This document shows, one piece after another, positions 19,839 to 29,781 of a stretch of 64,000 bases of DNA. Source of the stretch: Bacillota bacterium (lineage in GTDB: Bacteria; Bacillota; Clostridia; Acetivibrionales; DTU013); assembly GCA_050261495.1 (NCBI GenBank), contig JBLNDI010000018.1, positions 386-64,385 of the forward strand, in the 5' to 3' direction. The position numbers and the translations under genes were made by a program. The notes below the pieces were generated by a model, which did not search any database, had not been told where the DNA came from, and saw only the letters and a list, made by a program, of their open reading frames with translations. Each line of letters opens with the position of its first letter. Position 1 is the first letter of the stretch.

Positions 19839-19919
19839 TGATGCATGTATAACTGCATCATTTTATATTATGCAGTTATACATGCATCATGCGGCGTGAT
19901 GCATATATAACTGCATGAT
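19839..19919. promoter_or_regulatory. Three phased 22-bp palindromic boxes, TGATGCA-N8-TGCATCA (candidate operator array)
   Basis: Box 1: 19839-19860, tgatgca-tgtataac-tgcatca. Box 2: 19868-19889, ttatgca-gttataca-tgcatca, with the spacer inverted. Box 3: 19898-19919, tgatgca-tatataac-tgcatga. A degenerate fourth copy lies at 20028-20049. Confidence 0.7.
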
Positions 19920-20048
19920 TAACATATTGCAGCCGCAGTCATAGCAGGCATTAATTTTTACGTCGCGGGAAAAATCAAACCCGGGCCTGTACTGCATGCA
20001 GACGCCGGGAAGATGGAACCAACACTTTGATGCATCTATAACTGTGAT

Positions 20049-20084
20049 AAAAAAGGAGCCTTTGCTTGAAAAGGCTCCTTTTTC
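20049..20084 (-). terminator. Bidirectional rho-independent terminator downstream of pck
   Basis: AAAAAGGAGCCTTT-gcttga-AAAGGCTCCTTTTT, a perfect stem flanked by A and T runs. Confidence 0.85.
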
Positions 20085-20162
20085 AAATTGCTTTTATTGC
20101 TGTTGTTCACATTATGCAGGGAATCTTTTGCATATCCGAACTTCCGGTTCGTATACACGCCG

Positions 20163-21953
20163 TTATCCGCGCAGCCTCTTTTCCAGCGCGTCGAGCTGCT
20201 CATGCAGTTCTTTTGGGAGCTTTTCGCCATATCCGGCGTAATGCTGCCTGATTGATTCTACTTCCATGAGCCATTCGTCCCTGTTGACCTTGAGCAGTTC
20301 CTGTATATCTTCCGCGCTTACGTCAAGGCCGTCGGTATCGATTCCATCGGGAGTCGGCATGTAGCCTATGGGAGTCTTGACTGCCTTGCCCTCTCCGGAT
20401 ACCCTTTCAAAGATCCATTTCAGGACCCTGCTGTTTTCGCCGAACCCGGGCCACAGCCATTTGCCGTTTGCATCCTTCCGGAACCAGTTCACGTAAAAGA
20501 TCTTGGGCAGCTTGTCAGGCGTGGTCATCTTGCCGATTTCAAGCCAATGCCTCAGGTAATCGCCTACGTGGTAACCCATGAACGGAAGCATGGCGAATGG
20601 ATCGCGCCGTACTTTTCCTATTTTATCCGAGATGATGGCCGCCGTGATTTCCGAACCCATGATGGAACCCAGGAATACGCCGTGATTCCAATCAAAGCTT
20701 TCATGGACAAGGGGAACCGTACTTGTACGGCGTCCGCCTACCAAAATCGCGGAAATCGGCACACCATTGGGGTCTTCCCATTCGGGGGCGATAACCGGGC
20801 ACTGTCTTGCAGGCGCGGTAAACCTGGCATTAGGATGCGCGGCCGGTTCACCCGAGCCTGGCGACCAGTCTCTTCCCTTCCAGTCGATAAGATGGCTGGG
20901 AGCTTCTTTCCCGATGCCTTCCCACCACACGTCGCCGTCATCCGTCAATGCAACGTTCGTGAATATCGTGTTTTTCTCTATGCTGCGCATCGCGTTGTAG
21001 TTCGATTGATATGAAGTGCCGGGAGCGACGCCGAAGAATCCCGCCTCGGGATTGATAGCATAAAGACGCCCGTCCTTCCCGAATTTCATCCATGCGATAT
21101 CGTCGCCGATTGTCTCGACTTTCCACCCGGGAATAGTCGGTATAAGCATTGCAAGGTTTGTTTTTCCGCAAGCACTTGGAAATGCTCCTGTGATGTATTT
21201 CGTATTGCCCTTGGGATCGGTGATGCGGAGAATAAGCATGTGCTCCGCCATCCAGCCCTCATCTCTCGCCAGGACGGAGGCAATGCGCAGCGCGAAGCAC
21301 TTCTTCCCCAGCAGCGCGTTTCCGCCATAGCCCGAACCGTACGACCAGATCGTCCTTTCTTCGGGGAAATGGCTGATGTATTTTTTCTCCATCGGCGCGC
21401 ACGGCCATGATGAATCCGCTTGTCCTTCAGCCAGCGGAGCGCCGACCGAATGCAGGCAGGGTACGAATTCGCCGTCGCCGAGGACACTAAGAACCTCTTT
21501 GCCCATGCGCGTCATGATACGCATGTTTACGACAACGTACGGGCTGTCCGTCAACTGGATCCCTATCTTTGATATCGGAGAACCGATAGGTCCCATTGAG
21601 AACGGGATGACATACATGGTCCTTCCCTTCATGCAGCCCCTGTACAAGCCTTCCATGGTTGCCTTGAGTTCCACAGGGTCAATCCAGTTGTTGGTCGGAC
21701 CTGCGTCTTCCTTGGTTTTGGAGGCGATAAAGGTCCTGTCCTCAACGCGTGCCACGTCGGAAGGGTGGCTCCTGAACAGGTAGCAGCCGGGACGTTTTTC
21801 AGGATTCAGCCGTGTGGCCATCCCGCTGTTTACCATCTGCTGGAGCAACCGGTCGTTTTCCTCCTGCGAACCGTCACACCAGTAAATATTGTCAGGCTGG
21901 CACAAGTCAGCCATCTGTTTAACCCAATCTTGCAATTTCTTGTTTGCAATCAT
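20163..21953 (-). CDS. pck: Phosphoenolpyruvate carboxykinase (GTP)
   Basis: 596 aa. PEPCK-GTP signatures: FPSACGKTN kinase-1a P-loop, [17 protein letters not shown], and C-terminal [22 protein letters not shown]. Confidence 0.92.
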   Translation of the reverse strand: MIANKKLQDWVKQMADLCQPDNIYWCDGSQEENDRLLQQMVNSGMATRLNPEKRPGCYLFRSHPSDVARVEDRTFIASKTKEDAGPTNNWIDPVELKATMEGLYRGCMKGRTMYVIPFSMGPIGSPISKIGIQLTDSPYVVVNMRIMTRMGKEVLSVLGDGEFVPCLHSVGAPLAEGQADSSWPCAPMEKKYISHFPEERTIWSYGSGYGGNALLGKKCFALRIASVLARDEGWMAEHMLILRITDPKGNTKYITGAFPSACGKTNLAMLIPTIPGWKVETIGDDIAWMKFGKDGRLYAINPEAGFFGVAPGTSYQSNYNAMRSIEKNTIFTNVALTDDGDVWWEGIGKEAPSHLIDWKGRDWSPGSGEPAAHPNARFTAPARQCPVIAPEWEDPNGVPISAILVGGRRTSTVPLVHESFDWNHGVFLGSIMGSEITAAIISDKIGKVRRDPFAMLPFMGYHVGDYLRHWLEIGKMTTPDKLPKIFYVNWFRKDANGKWLWPGFGENSRVLKWIFERVSGEGKAVKTPIGYMPTPDGIDTDGLDVSAEDIQELLKVNRDEWLMEVESIRQHYAGYGEKLPKELHEQLDALEKRLRG

Positions 21954-22322
21954 TTAAAACTCCTCCTTTATGATAATACGTTCAGCTGTAAGGCCGAATC
22001 CATCAGTCAATGATAATTTCAGCTTTCTAATGAAAACATAATGCTCCTGGTTAAATAATTAACTAAAATCATAACATATAAAAATGAAATATTCAATAAA
22101 ATGATATGCAAATTTCACAGAGTTCGCGGCAAGGCAATTTTTTCCCCGGAGCTGCCGGTAAAAAAGTTGATAATGCCGGATATCGTTATTATGGTTTATT
22201 TTATTATGTCTCACATATACATAGAATAAAAGCATTTTAAACTGCAGCCGTAACGAATGCTTATCAGGCTGCCGCGGGGCGTGAAGGACCCGGCCGGCGG
22301 CATTTATGCGGGAGTGGTATGA

Positions 22323-23651
22323 ATGAGTTTCGTCAATTCAAAAAAAGTATTCTCGAGGAAGTTCTTGATATTTGCCAATGAAGACGCGGGGTATGAAGCC
22401 GGGTGCAAACCGTCCGGGTATGTGAAGCTGGAGGTCCGCGACGGAAAGGGGATGCTGCGTTCGGTTATACATAACATAAGGCCTGGAAACGGTGCGTTTG
22501 AATACGTATTGTACCTGGTCAGCCCGCGCTTGGGCGGGCAGCCCGCCTTCGGGCTTAAAGCCGGCACATACAGGGTGGAAAGCGGGAAAGCGGAGCTTGA
22601 ATGGTCTTTTGACCCGTTCAGCGTTGGGAAAAGCGGCTATGAAATTGACAAATTCGACGTCTTTGCGGTTATTGTCGAATACGTGGATAGGCCGTACCAG
22701 AGCAGGCATGATGCGCGCAAAACTTCATCCGGCGTTATATGTCCTCTCGCCGCATATACCGGCAGCCCCGGGGACTGGAGGGAATCTTTCAAAGCGGGAA
22801 TGCAGGACGCGTTGGCGGGACGCCAGGATGCAGCTGAAGGAGTGCGGGATTTCGTGCAGGAGCAAAGCTCACGCCGGCAATTGGATATGCCGCCCGGACC
22901 GGGCGACATGGAGCAAAACCGGGGGGATGCGCAGACAAAGCCGCTGCATGCGGGACCGGGGCGGCAGGATGCAAGGCAGGGAAAGGATAAAGAAGCCGAG
23001 CGGTACGAAAAACAGCCGGAGCAGCAGGATGCCCGCACGGTGAAACACTTCCCGGACCAGGCACAGCCAGGAGCGCCGGAGGTTGTCCAACCCGGCGGGC
23101 AACCGGCGGGCGGTCCGAATAAAACCAGCCCGGGCTGCGCCTATTTCAGCGGCAATCTTTGCGGCGCCCTTGCCAATAGCAGGACCGGGGATGATCCGTG
23201 CGGCAGCTGCATGTTTAAAGACGGGGAAAGGGCTGCAGAAACTCAATCGCAAGGAGATATCTCCGGGCTGAAAAGCGATCTTGACAAGCACTTCGAAATA
23301 AGCGACCCGTTCCATAGCAGAAGAAGCGATTACATATGGTGGAAAGTGACCGATCCTGTCAGCCTCAACAACATCCTGTACAGAAACGGAATCCGGACGC
23401 CATTGATGTTCAATCCAGCGGTAATGATGTCATATTACAGGTACAGGCACCTTATTGTAGGCATATTTACCCACAGGACAGGGCAGAGCTTTGTAGTGTG
23501 CGGCGCGCCGGGCATGCACATGGTGGACGGAAAACCGTTCGGTGAAATGGGCAGATGGGTCCAGGCCGAAGGCAGCAAGCCGAGATATGGCTCGTTCGGC
23601 TACTGGCTGGCATACATAGATCCCACGGACGGAAGAATTCTCGAAGTCTAG
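22323..23651 (+). CDS. Uncharacterised protein with conserved N- and C-terminal domains and a low-complexity centre
   Basis: 442-aa ORF after GGGAGTGG. The N-terminal ~150 aa and C-terminal ~130 aa look globular (YIWWKV...GYWLAYIDPTDGRI). The centre is rich in Gly/Pro/Gln/Asp/Ala/Arg with recurring RQDA-type tracts. Confidence 0.6.
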   Translation: MSFVNSKKVFSRKFLIFANEDAGYEAGCKPSGYVKLEVRDGKGMLRSVIHNIRPGNGAFEYVLYLVSPRLGGQPAFGLKAGTYRVESGKAELEWSFDPFSVGKSGYEIDKFDVFAVIVEYVDRPYQSRHDARKTSSGVICPLAAYTGSPGDWRESFKAGMQDALAGRQDAAEGVRDFVQEQSSRRQLDMPPGPGDMEQNRGDAQTKPLHAGPGRQDARQGKDKEAERYEKQPEQQDARTVKHFPDQAQPGAPEVVQPGGQPAGGPNKTSPGCAYFSGNLCGALANSRTGDDPCGSCMFKDGERAAETQSQGDISGLKSDLDKHFEISDPFHSRRSDYIWWKVTDPVSLNNILYRNGIRTPLMFNPAVMMSYYRYRHLIVGIFTHRTGQSFVVCGAPGMHMVDGKPFGEMGRWVQAEGSKPRYGSFGYWLAYIDPTDGRILEV

Positions 23652-23815
23652 CCGGCGCCGACGCATAAAGGCGGCAAGGGAAAGCGCGCAAGGAAAAAAG
23701 GAATTATCAAATATAACTTAATTATATGTTTTTTTGGCGAAATATAGTATAATGAGAAAAGATATAGCCGATGATGTCAACTTATGAAAAACATGGCGAT
23801 GCCGAAAGGATGCTG

Positions 23816-24229
23816 ATGGCGTTGACAGCTAAAAACAGGGTGGAGTTGAGAATAGCGGGCAAAGATTATACCATTGTCGGTACGGAACCGGAGGAATATA
23901 TCCAGCGGGTGGGACTCTATGTCGATAAAAAAATGTCGGAGGTAATGAGGAACAACAATAAGCTCAGTACGTCGCTGGCAGCCGTCCTTACAGCTATTAA
24001 TATCGGCGATGATTATTTCAAGAGCCGTGAGAGTGAATTGAACGCAAAAAAAGAACTGAAAAGGGCGCTCGAGGAACTTGAAAAATACAAGGAAGAAAGG
24101 CACCGCCTGTTGCAGGAAAATGCAGCTTTAAACAACACCAATACAAATCTCAAGCTGGAACTGGCAAAGAGGGAAGCCGAACTGAATGAAGTCAGAAATG
24201 CGCTTGAGGCTGAGAGAGCGAGGGAATAA
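23816..24229 (+). CDS. zapA: Cell division protein ZapA
   Basis: RVELRIAGKDYTIVGTEPEEYIQRVGLYVDKKMSEV is a ZapA core, followed by a C-terminal coiled coil. Start is uncertain (23771, 23810 or 23816). Confidence 0.8.
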   Translation: MALTAKNRVELRIAGKDYTIVGTEPEEYIQRVGLYVDKKMSEVMRNNNKLSTSLAAVLTAINIGDDYFKSRESELNAKKELKRALEELEKYKEERHRLLQENAALNNTNTNLKLELAKREAELNEVRNALEAERARE

Positions 24230-24243
24230 ACCAAAGCTTTATA

Positions 24244-24870
24244 ATGAAGAACATAATCAACGTTTATATAAAGCCCGAAGGAGAGGGCAGAATCCCGCAG
24301 TATGCGTCAATGCACGCGGCGGGCTGTGATTTGTATGCTACCCGGGATATGGCGATCAGACCGGGTGAGACGAAAATCATGCCGCTGGATTTTACCATGG
24401 CCATTGACGACGAGTTTGAAGCCCAAATAAGGCCCAGGAGCGGCCTTTCGCTGAAAACCGAACTGCGCATTCCAAACGGGCCCGGCACGATTGACAGCGA
24501 TTACCGCGACACTGTGGGGGTCATATTGCAAAACACATACAACATTGCCAATCTTCCTTATCAGATCGCCGCAAACCCGCAGATCCTGGAAGACATTTGC
24601 GCCAACTACAGGGAAGTGAGCTTGTCGGAATACCTGGACGGCCAGGGTCGCCGTATGTCACCGGAAGCGGCGGCGCTGCATGTTGTCGGGGAAAAAATCT
24701 ACATAGATGCAAACGGCAATCCGTACGGAACAATATATATAAAAAAGGGCGAAAGAATCGCTCAAATGGTTTTTTGCAAGTATCAGCGCGCGAATTTCAT
24801 ACTTCATCCAAACCCGCGGGAAATAGGCGCGGACAGGGGCGGCGGCTTCGGTCACACAGGCAATGGCTAG
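24244..24870 (+). CDS. dut: dUTP diphosphatase (trimeric type) with a long internal insertion
   Basis: Motifs AGCDLYA, RPRSGL, GTIDSDYRD, GERIAQMV and RGGGFGHTG are present. At 208 aa it is about 55-60 aa longer than usual, with the extra residues between the GVILQN strand and GERIAQMV. Confidence 0.85.
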   Translation: MKNIINVYIKPEGEGRIPQYASMHAAGCDLYATRDMAIRPGETKIMPLDFTMAIDDEFEAQIRPRSGLSLKTELRIPNGPGTIDSDYRDTVGVILQNTYNIANLPYQIAANPQILEDICANYREVSLSEYLDGQGRRMSPEAAALHVVGEKIYIDANGNPYGTIYIKKGERIAQMVFCKYQRANFILHPNPREIGADRGGGFGHTGNG

Positions 24871-25793
24871 AACCAGTTTCTGTACCTGTTATAGCTCCTG
24901 TTGGCATATCTCCTGGCGCCATCGGGAATTGAAACGATTTTTTCCAGCATCTCTTTGTCGGAAACCTTCTTGAACGCAAGCTTCATTAACGATTGGAAAC
25001 TGTCCCCGTCTTTCGGGTATGTCACGTATACCGGGTATATGTATCGGCTGGTGTCCAGGTTGATTTTTTTAAATTCCGGTTCGGTCTGTGTTATTATTTT
25101 TTCGCAGACAAGCCTGGCCCCGTTTTCATCGGTGCAGGGAAGCACTATGATTATATCCCTGTCGCGGTTAATGGCTATCGTGTCGGTAGACCGGAGCGCC
25201 TCACTCGCTTTTTTAGCCATGATGGAGAAAATTAAGGCCCTGTTCTCGTCGGCTGCTTGCCGGCCGGAATCGGCGCCCGTATTCAATTGCAGCATTGTTA
25301 TCAGGATAATGGACATCGGCGCCTTGGTCCGCCTTGAATAATTTATTTCCCTTTCGACATAATCGTCAAATGACATGCTGATACTGTTAATTCCGCTTGT
25401 ATCAAAACGGAATTCTTTTTCAGCCTGTACCAGGCTCCTGATCGAGCTCTCCATCCTCCTTGCCTGGTAGGGCTTCAAAATATAGTCATTGACGGAATAC
25501 TTGAGGGTTTCCGCCTTCAGATCCGGCCTGTCGGTTTGCGCAAGAAGGATCATGGGGACATTTGCAGGCCCGGTAGAACGTATTTTTGCCAATACGTTGA
25601 AACCGTCCGTTTCGGTAGGAAAATCGACGTCCATGATAATTAATTTTAAATCAGGGAAATCCAGGCGCAAAAACTTGAACTGGTTATAGTCTCCAACCTC
25701 GATAATATTGAAACGGCCGATTTTTTCCGCGATATAGCGGATCTTCTGCCGCTCGTATGCAGAGTAATCCATGATAATAATTGTGCCTTCCAT
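24867..25793 (-). CDS. Response regulator: REC domain plus degenerate GGDEF-like domain
   Basis: REC domain with LIIMDVDFP (acceptor Asp) and LKPY. The C-terminal domain resembles GGDEF, but RDRDI occupies the GGDEF position. No adjacent kinase gene. Confidence 0.7.
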   Translation of the reverse strand: MEGTIIIMDYSAYERQKIRYIAEKIGRFNIIEVGDYNQFKFLRLDFPDLKLIIMDVDFPTETDGFNVLAKIRSTGPANVPMILLAQTDRPDLKAETLKYSVNDYILKPYQARRMESSIRSLVQAEKEFRFDTSGINSISMSFDDYVEREINYSRRTKAPMSIILITMLQLNTGADSGRQAADENRALIFSIMAKKASEALRSTDTIAINRDRDIIIVLPCTDENGARLVCEKIITQTEPEFKKINLDTSRYIYPVYVTYPKDGDSFQSLMKLAFKKVSDKEMLEKIVSIPDGARRYANRSYNRYRNWF

Positions 25794-25926
25794 GGCGCTT
25801 TCTCCTTTAAACCATCCGAATAACCCTGATAATATTTTATCGTCAATTCCGGGGCAAAAATTTATAATTTAAAGCAAAAGGCCCGCTGTTCCGCAGCGGA
25901 AATCATGCAGCCCTTTTTTTGCTCCT

Positions 25927-25954
25927 TTGGATATGAGCCAGGGTATGTTATAAT
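25927..25954 (+). promoter_or_regulatory. Sigma-A promoter of the PFK gene
   Basis: TTGGAT (25927-25932), 16-nt spacer, TGtTATAAT extended -10 (TATAAT at 25949-25954). Confidence 0.5.
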
Positions 25955-26012
25955 CAATTCTGATACTTAATGCTTAATGAAAAACTGCATGAAAAATACG
26001 GAGGAAAACTGT

Positions 26013-27305
26013 ATGAGAAAAAATGTCCTGGTTGCCCAGTCCGGGGGACCTTCACCGGTTATAAACGCATCGCTGCAGGGAGTCATAGAAGTTTGCCTTT
26101 CTTATCCCGACCACATGAAAAATGTTTATGCCGCATGGCATGGAATAGAAGGCGTCCTTAAAGAGGAAATTATTGATATGAGCAGCCAGCCCGCGGAAGA
26201 ACTGAAGCGGCTAAAAAATACACCGGCGGCGGGCGCTATCGGCACATGCCGGTACAAGCTGGGCGAGAACCAGGAAAATGACTTCAACAGGATCATTGAC
26301 GTAATGCGTGCGCACAATATAGGGTACTTTTTCTATATCGGCGGCAATGATTCAATGGATACCGCCGACAAGATATCAAGGCTTGCGCGTGAAAAAGGCC
26401 TTGAACTGGTTGTTGTCGGGGTGCCTAAAACTATTGACAATGATCTTGGCGACGACAAGTTCACAATTATCGACCATACTCCCGGGTACGGAAGCGCTGC
26501 GAGATACTGGGCGCACCATATACAGAACGTAAACGAGGAAAACAGGGGAATGTGCGGTTCCGAGGCAGTTGCAGTACTCCAGGCCATGGGCAGGAAGTCC
26601 GGCTATATAACGGCTGCAGCGAGGCTTGCGGATCCTCAGAGAGAGATTCCGCTGCAGCTTTACATGGCGGAGTCGGGACATAACCTTGAGACGCTGGCGG
26701 AAAATGTCAACAGGGAGTTGTTGCGTTCCGGCCGCGTAATTGTAGTGGTAAACGAGGGGTTCAACGTCGGAAGCCTGGGAGAGGCGCGCGATGCTTTCGG
26801 TCATATAGAATACGGGGCAAGCAAAACCTCCGCGTCCCAGGTGGTGGTCAATTACCTGAACGAGCACGGCATCAAGGCCAGGGGACAGGCAACAGGCCAG
26901 CTCCCGGGCGTTCTTCAGCGTTCGGCGTCCATGCATATGTCGCCCGTTGACCGGCAGGAAGCTTACGAGGTGGGAATGAAGGCAGTCCGGATTGCGATTG
27001 AGGACGGCACGGGCTGGATGGCTACCATATTGCGTGCACCCGGCAGTGAATACCGGGTTTATTACGATAAAGTCAGGCTTGACGTAGTAGCGAACTCGGA
27101 ACGGTTTTTGCCCAGGGAGTGGCTTTCCGGGGATGGCATTGACGTAACCGATGATTTTATAAATTACGCTATGCCGCTGATCCAGGGCGGCTGGCCGGAA
27201 ATTGAACTGGAGAACGGGCTGCAGCGGTTTGCAAGGATTGACATAAGGTTTATCGAAAAGAAGCTGCCCGATTATATCCCCCAGAACTTTCAAAGGGCAA
27301 AATAA
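26013..27305 (+). CDS. 6-phosphofructokinase, long (~430 aa) form, possibly PPi-dependent
   Basis: VAQSGGPSPVINA, YIGGNDSMDTA and GVPKTIDNDL motifs. The ATG at 26013 follows GGAGGA. Donor specificity cannot be decided from sequence by eye. Confidence 0.85.
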   Translation: MRKNVLVAQSGGPSPVINASLQGVIEVCLSYPDHMKNVYAAWHGIEGVLKEEIIDMSSQPAEELKRLKNTPAAGAIGTCRYKLGENQENDFNRIIDVMRAHNIGYFFYIGGNDSMDTADKISRLAREKGLELVVVGVPKTIDNDLGDDKFTIIDHTPGYGSAARYWAHHIQNVNEENRGMCGSEAVAVLQAMGRKSGYITAAARLADPQREIPLQLYMAESGHNLETLAENVNRELLRSGRVIVVVNEGFNVGSLGEARDAFGHIEYGASKTSASQVVVNYLNEHGIKARGQATGQLPGVLQRSASMHMSPVDRQEAYEVGMKAVRIAIEDGTGWMATILRAPGSEYRVYYDKVRLDVVANSERFLPREWLSGDGIDVTDDFINYAMPLIQGGWPEIELENGLQRFARIDIRFIEKKLPDYIPQNFQRAK

Positions 27306-27385
27306 ATTGCGATCATCCGCATTGCGGCGCGACCGGTTCTGCCGGCATGGCAAGACCTGCATGATCAACAAGGAGGTTCGCAATA

Positions 27386-29104
27386 TTGAAGCAGGTTTTT
27401 TTCAGGGTTAAATCATGGTTTAATAAAATTTTTGAAGACAGGACAGATATAATTGTAGCGGTAGCCGCGCTGCTATATATATTGGCGAGCGCGTTCAAAA
27501 TATCGTTATTCAACCATGTCATTATCCCGCACGCTGACAAATGGGTATTCCGCTTTAAATTCCTCACGACATCGCTGGTTGTTATCATTGTTTATCCCGT
27601 TTTGTTTTGGCTAAGGCGGCGGTTTTTGTTCATAACTTTTTACGTTGCCCAAATCCTTTACATCATCATCAGCATGTCGTATTTTATGTACTTTCACAAC
27701 TACCTGCACTTTGACGTGTTTGCCGCCAATTTCTTCGAGGGATTGGTCGCGGTGCTTGTCGAATCAACGCCTAAAAGCCCGCTGCTGCTGATTGCATTTA
27801 TCGATTTCCCGGTTTTCGCTTATCTTGCGATAAAATACCGGCGGGCAAACCGCCTGAGGGAAAAGCTCAGGGTCCCGGTCAGCGTAATTGTGGCAATAGC
27901 GTTGGCCATAACGGCATACTCCCAATACGGGCATTACAAGGAAAATAAATTCATAACGCAGATAGCAAAGAGTATGCGCATCGGAGAATCCTATATCGTG
28001 CAAAGGTACGGGACGCTTGCAAACAGTGTTGTTGCCATGCTCAAGTACAGGACCATGCAGGATTACATAGAAAGCATACAATACGGCAGGCCTCTCGCCA
28101 GGCAAACGGAAACCGGGGACAAGCCCGATATTTTCATAATCCAGGTTGAATCCATGGAATCGTCGATTGTGCGGCAGGTACACGACGGAACCCCTGTAAT
28201 GCCCTATTTGTATTCTCTGACCGGGAAAAGCGTATATTATCCCTACATGCTTGCCTACCATTTCGGAGGAGGCACTTCCGACTGCGAGTTTTCGGCAATC
28301 AACAGCGTGGAGCCCCTTGTCGAGTATCCCGCTATAAAGCTTTCCTCGTACAAGGCTCCCAACTCCTTTGTAAAGCAGCTGGCGGGGTCGTCTTACAAGG
28401 CGTATGCGTTCCACGGAAACATAGGAAGGTATTACAACCGCGACATTGCGTTCCGGAATTTCGGATTTGAGGTGTTTTACGACATTGACAAAATGAAATT
28501 GAAAAACGTAGGCTGGGGGGCTCCCGACGAAAAGGTCTACGAATTTGCGCTGAACAGGGTAAAGGAGTCCGAAAGGCCCGTGCTTTCCTACGTGATTACG
28601 ATGTCAAGCCACGGTCCGTTTACAAATGTGTCCAACTACTATAACAACGGCATGTTTGACAACATCGGCGACAAAAAACTGAGAAACTATTACAACTCAA
28701 TGAACTATGTCGACAAATGCATAGAAGATTATATCCGGGCAATAAGGGAACATTTTGAAAACGCCTATATTTTTATCTTCGGAGACCACGCGCCGCAGGT
28801 CAATAATGAATCGTTCAGGGAGTCGTATATTATGATCGACGACAAGAGGTACGAATTTGTCCCGATGTTTATCCTGACGCCGGACAACAGGGCATACCGC
28901 GAGGAACAAATCGTTGCGTCACTACTTGATATATCGCCGACCATTCTGAATCTTTCAGGCGTAAGGTATGATATCCTGTCCGACGGGATCGATTTGCTGG
29001 ACCCGGGAAAAACAGCGCCCGGCAAAATCCCGTACAGGGGCCTGAATTGGGACAGGAAGAAGCTGTTCAGGCATATTTCGAGTGAAATGGGACAGGGGTA
29101 TTGA
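27386..29104 (+). CDS. LTA synthase/sulfatase-family membrane protein (LtaS-like)
   Basis: TTG start after AAGGAGG. About 5 N-terminal TM helices plus an extracellular sulfatase-fold domain (MSSHGPF, FGDHAP). Confidence 0.8.
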   Translation: MKQVFFRVKSWFNKIFEDRTDIIVAVAALLYILASAFKISLFNHVIIPHADKWVFRFKFLTTSLVVIIVYPVLFWLRRRFLFITFYVAQILYIIISMSYFMYFHNYLHFDVFAANFFEGLVAVLVESTPKSPLLLIAFIDFPVFAYLAIKYRRANRLREKLRVPVSVIVAIALAITAYSQYGHYKENKFITQIAKSMRIGESYIVQRYGTLANSVVAMLKYRTMQDYIESIQYGRPLARQTETGDKPDIFIIQVESMESSIVRQVHDGTPVMPYLYSLTGKSVYYPYMLAYHFGGGTSDCEFSAINSVEPLVEYPAIKLSSYKAPNSFVKQLAGSSYKAYAFHGNIGRYYNRDIAFRNFGFEVFYDIDKMKLKNVGWGAPDEKVYEFALNRVKESERPVLSYVITMSSHGPFTNVSNYYNNGMFDNIGDKKLRNYYNSMNYVDKCIEDYIRAIREHFENAYIFIFGDHAPQVNNESFRESYIMIDDKRYEFVPMFILTPDNRAYREEQIVASLLDISPTILNLSGVRYDILSDGIDLLDPGKTAPGKIPYRGLNWDRKKLFRHISSEMGQGY

Positions 29105-29225
29105 ATGATGGAAAATATCATTTTAGCCTGTATATAAGTTGAATAAAATCTGCATTTGGGGTATCATAATAATATAATAATGGAAATGCCAATGTATTTC
29201 CAGGGTGAAAGGAAGGGACCCTAAT

Positions 29226-29651
29226 ATGTTAGTCAGAAACTGCGCAGGAGGGTTAGTCTTCTGCGGCAACAAGGTATTTCTCCTCAAGAACGAGAAAAGC
29301 GAGTGGGTATTCCCGAAAGGCGTCGTGCGAAACGGGGAATTGCCAAATGAGGTAGCGCTAAGGAGAGTTAAGGAAGAAGCCGATATTGCGTCGGAGATCA
29401 TTTCCACAGCAGGACGTACAAGTTATGAGTTCTATTCGGTAACACGTCAGAAACCTGTCTGCAATAAAATTACCTGGTATATCATGAAATCAAACAATTT
29501 ATATTATAAAATCAATGATTCGGATAAATTTAAGGATGCGGGGTATTTTGATATAGAAGAAGCCATGAAACTCGTTACATACAGCCAGGACAAGGCTCTT
29601 TTGAACCTGTCGTACAGAAGGTACAAGGAAATTGCCTCTGTAGCCGTTTAG
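29226..29651 (+). CDS. NUDIX hydrolase
   Basis: Nudix box GVVRNGELPNEVALRRVKEEADI (Gx5Ex7REUxEExGU). Alternative GTG start at 29205. Confidence 0.8.
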   Translation: MLVRNCAGGLVFCGNKVFLLKNEKSEWVFPKGVVRNGELPNEVALRRVKEEADIASEIISTAGRTSYEFYSVTRQKPVCNKITWYIMKSNNLYYKINDSDKFKDAGYFDIEEAMKLVTYSQDKALLNLSYRRYKEIASVAV

Positions 29652-29687
29652 CATAAATTGCGGAAATTATACTTAATTTATAGTAAA

Positions 29688-29726
29688 ATAAATGACAGCG
29701 GGATATTCCGCGGTCATTTATTTTTG
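29688..29726 (+). terminator. Rho-independent terminator after the NUDIX gene
   Basis: AAATGACAGCGG-gatatt-CCGCGGTCATTT, followed by ATTTTTG. Confidence 0.75.
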
Positions 29727-29781
29727 CGCCGGAACCGGGATTGGCCCCGGGAATGCCGGCCTGGCGAAAGCCGGAGGATCT

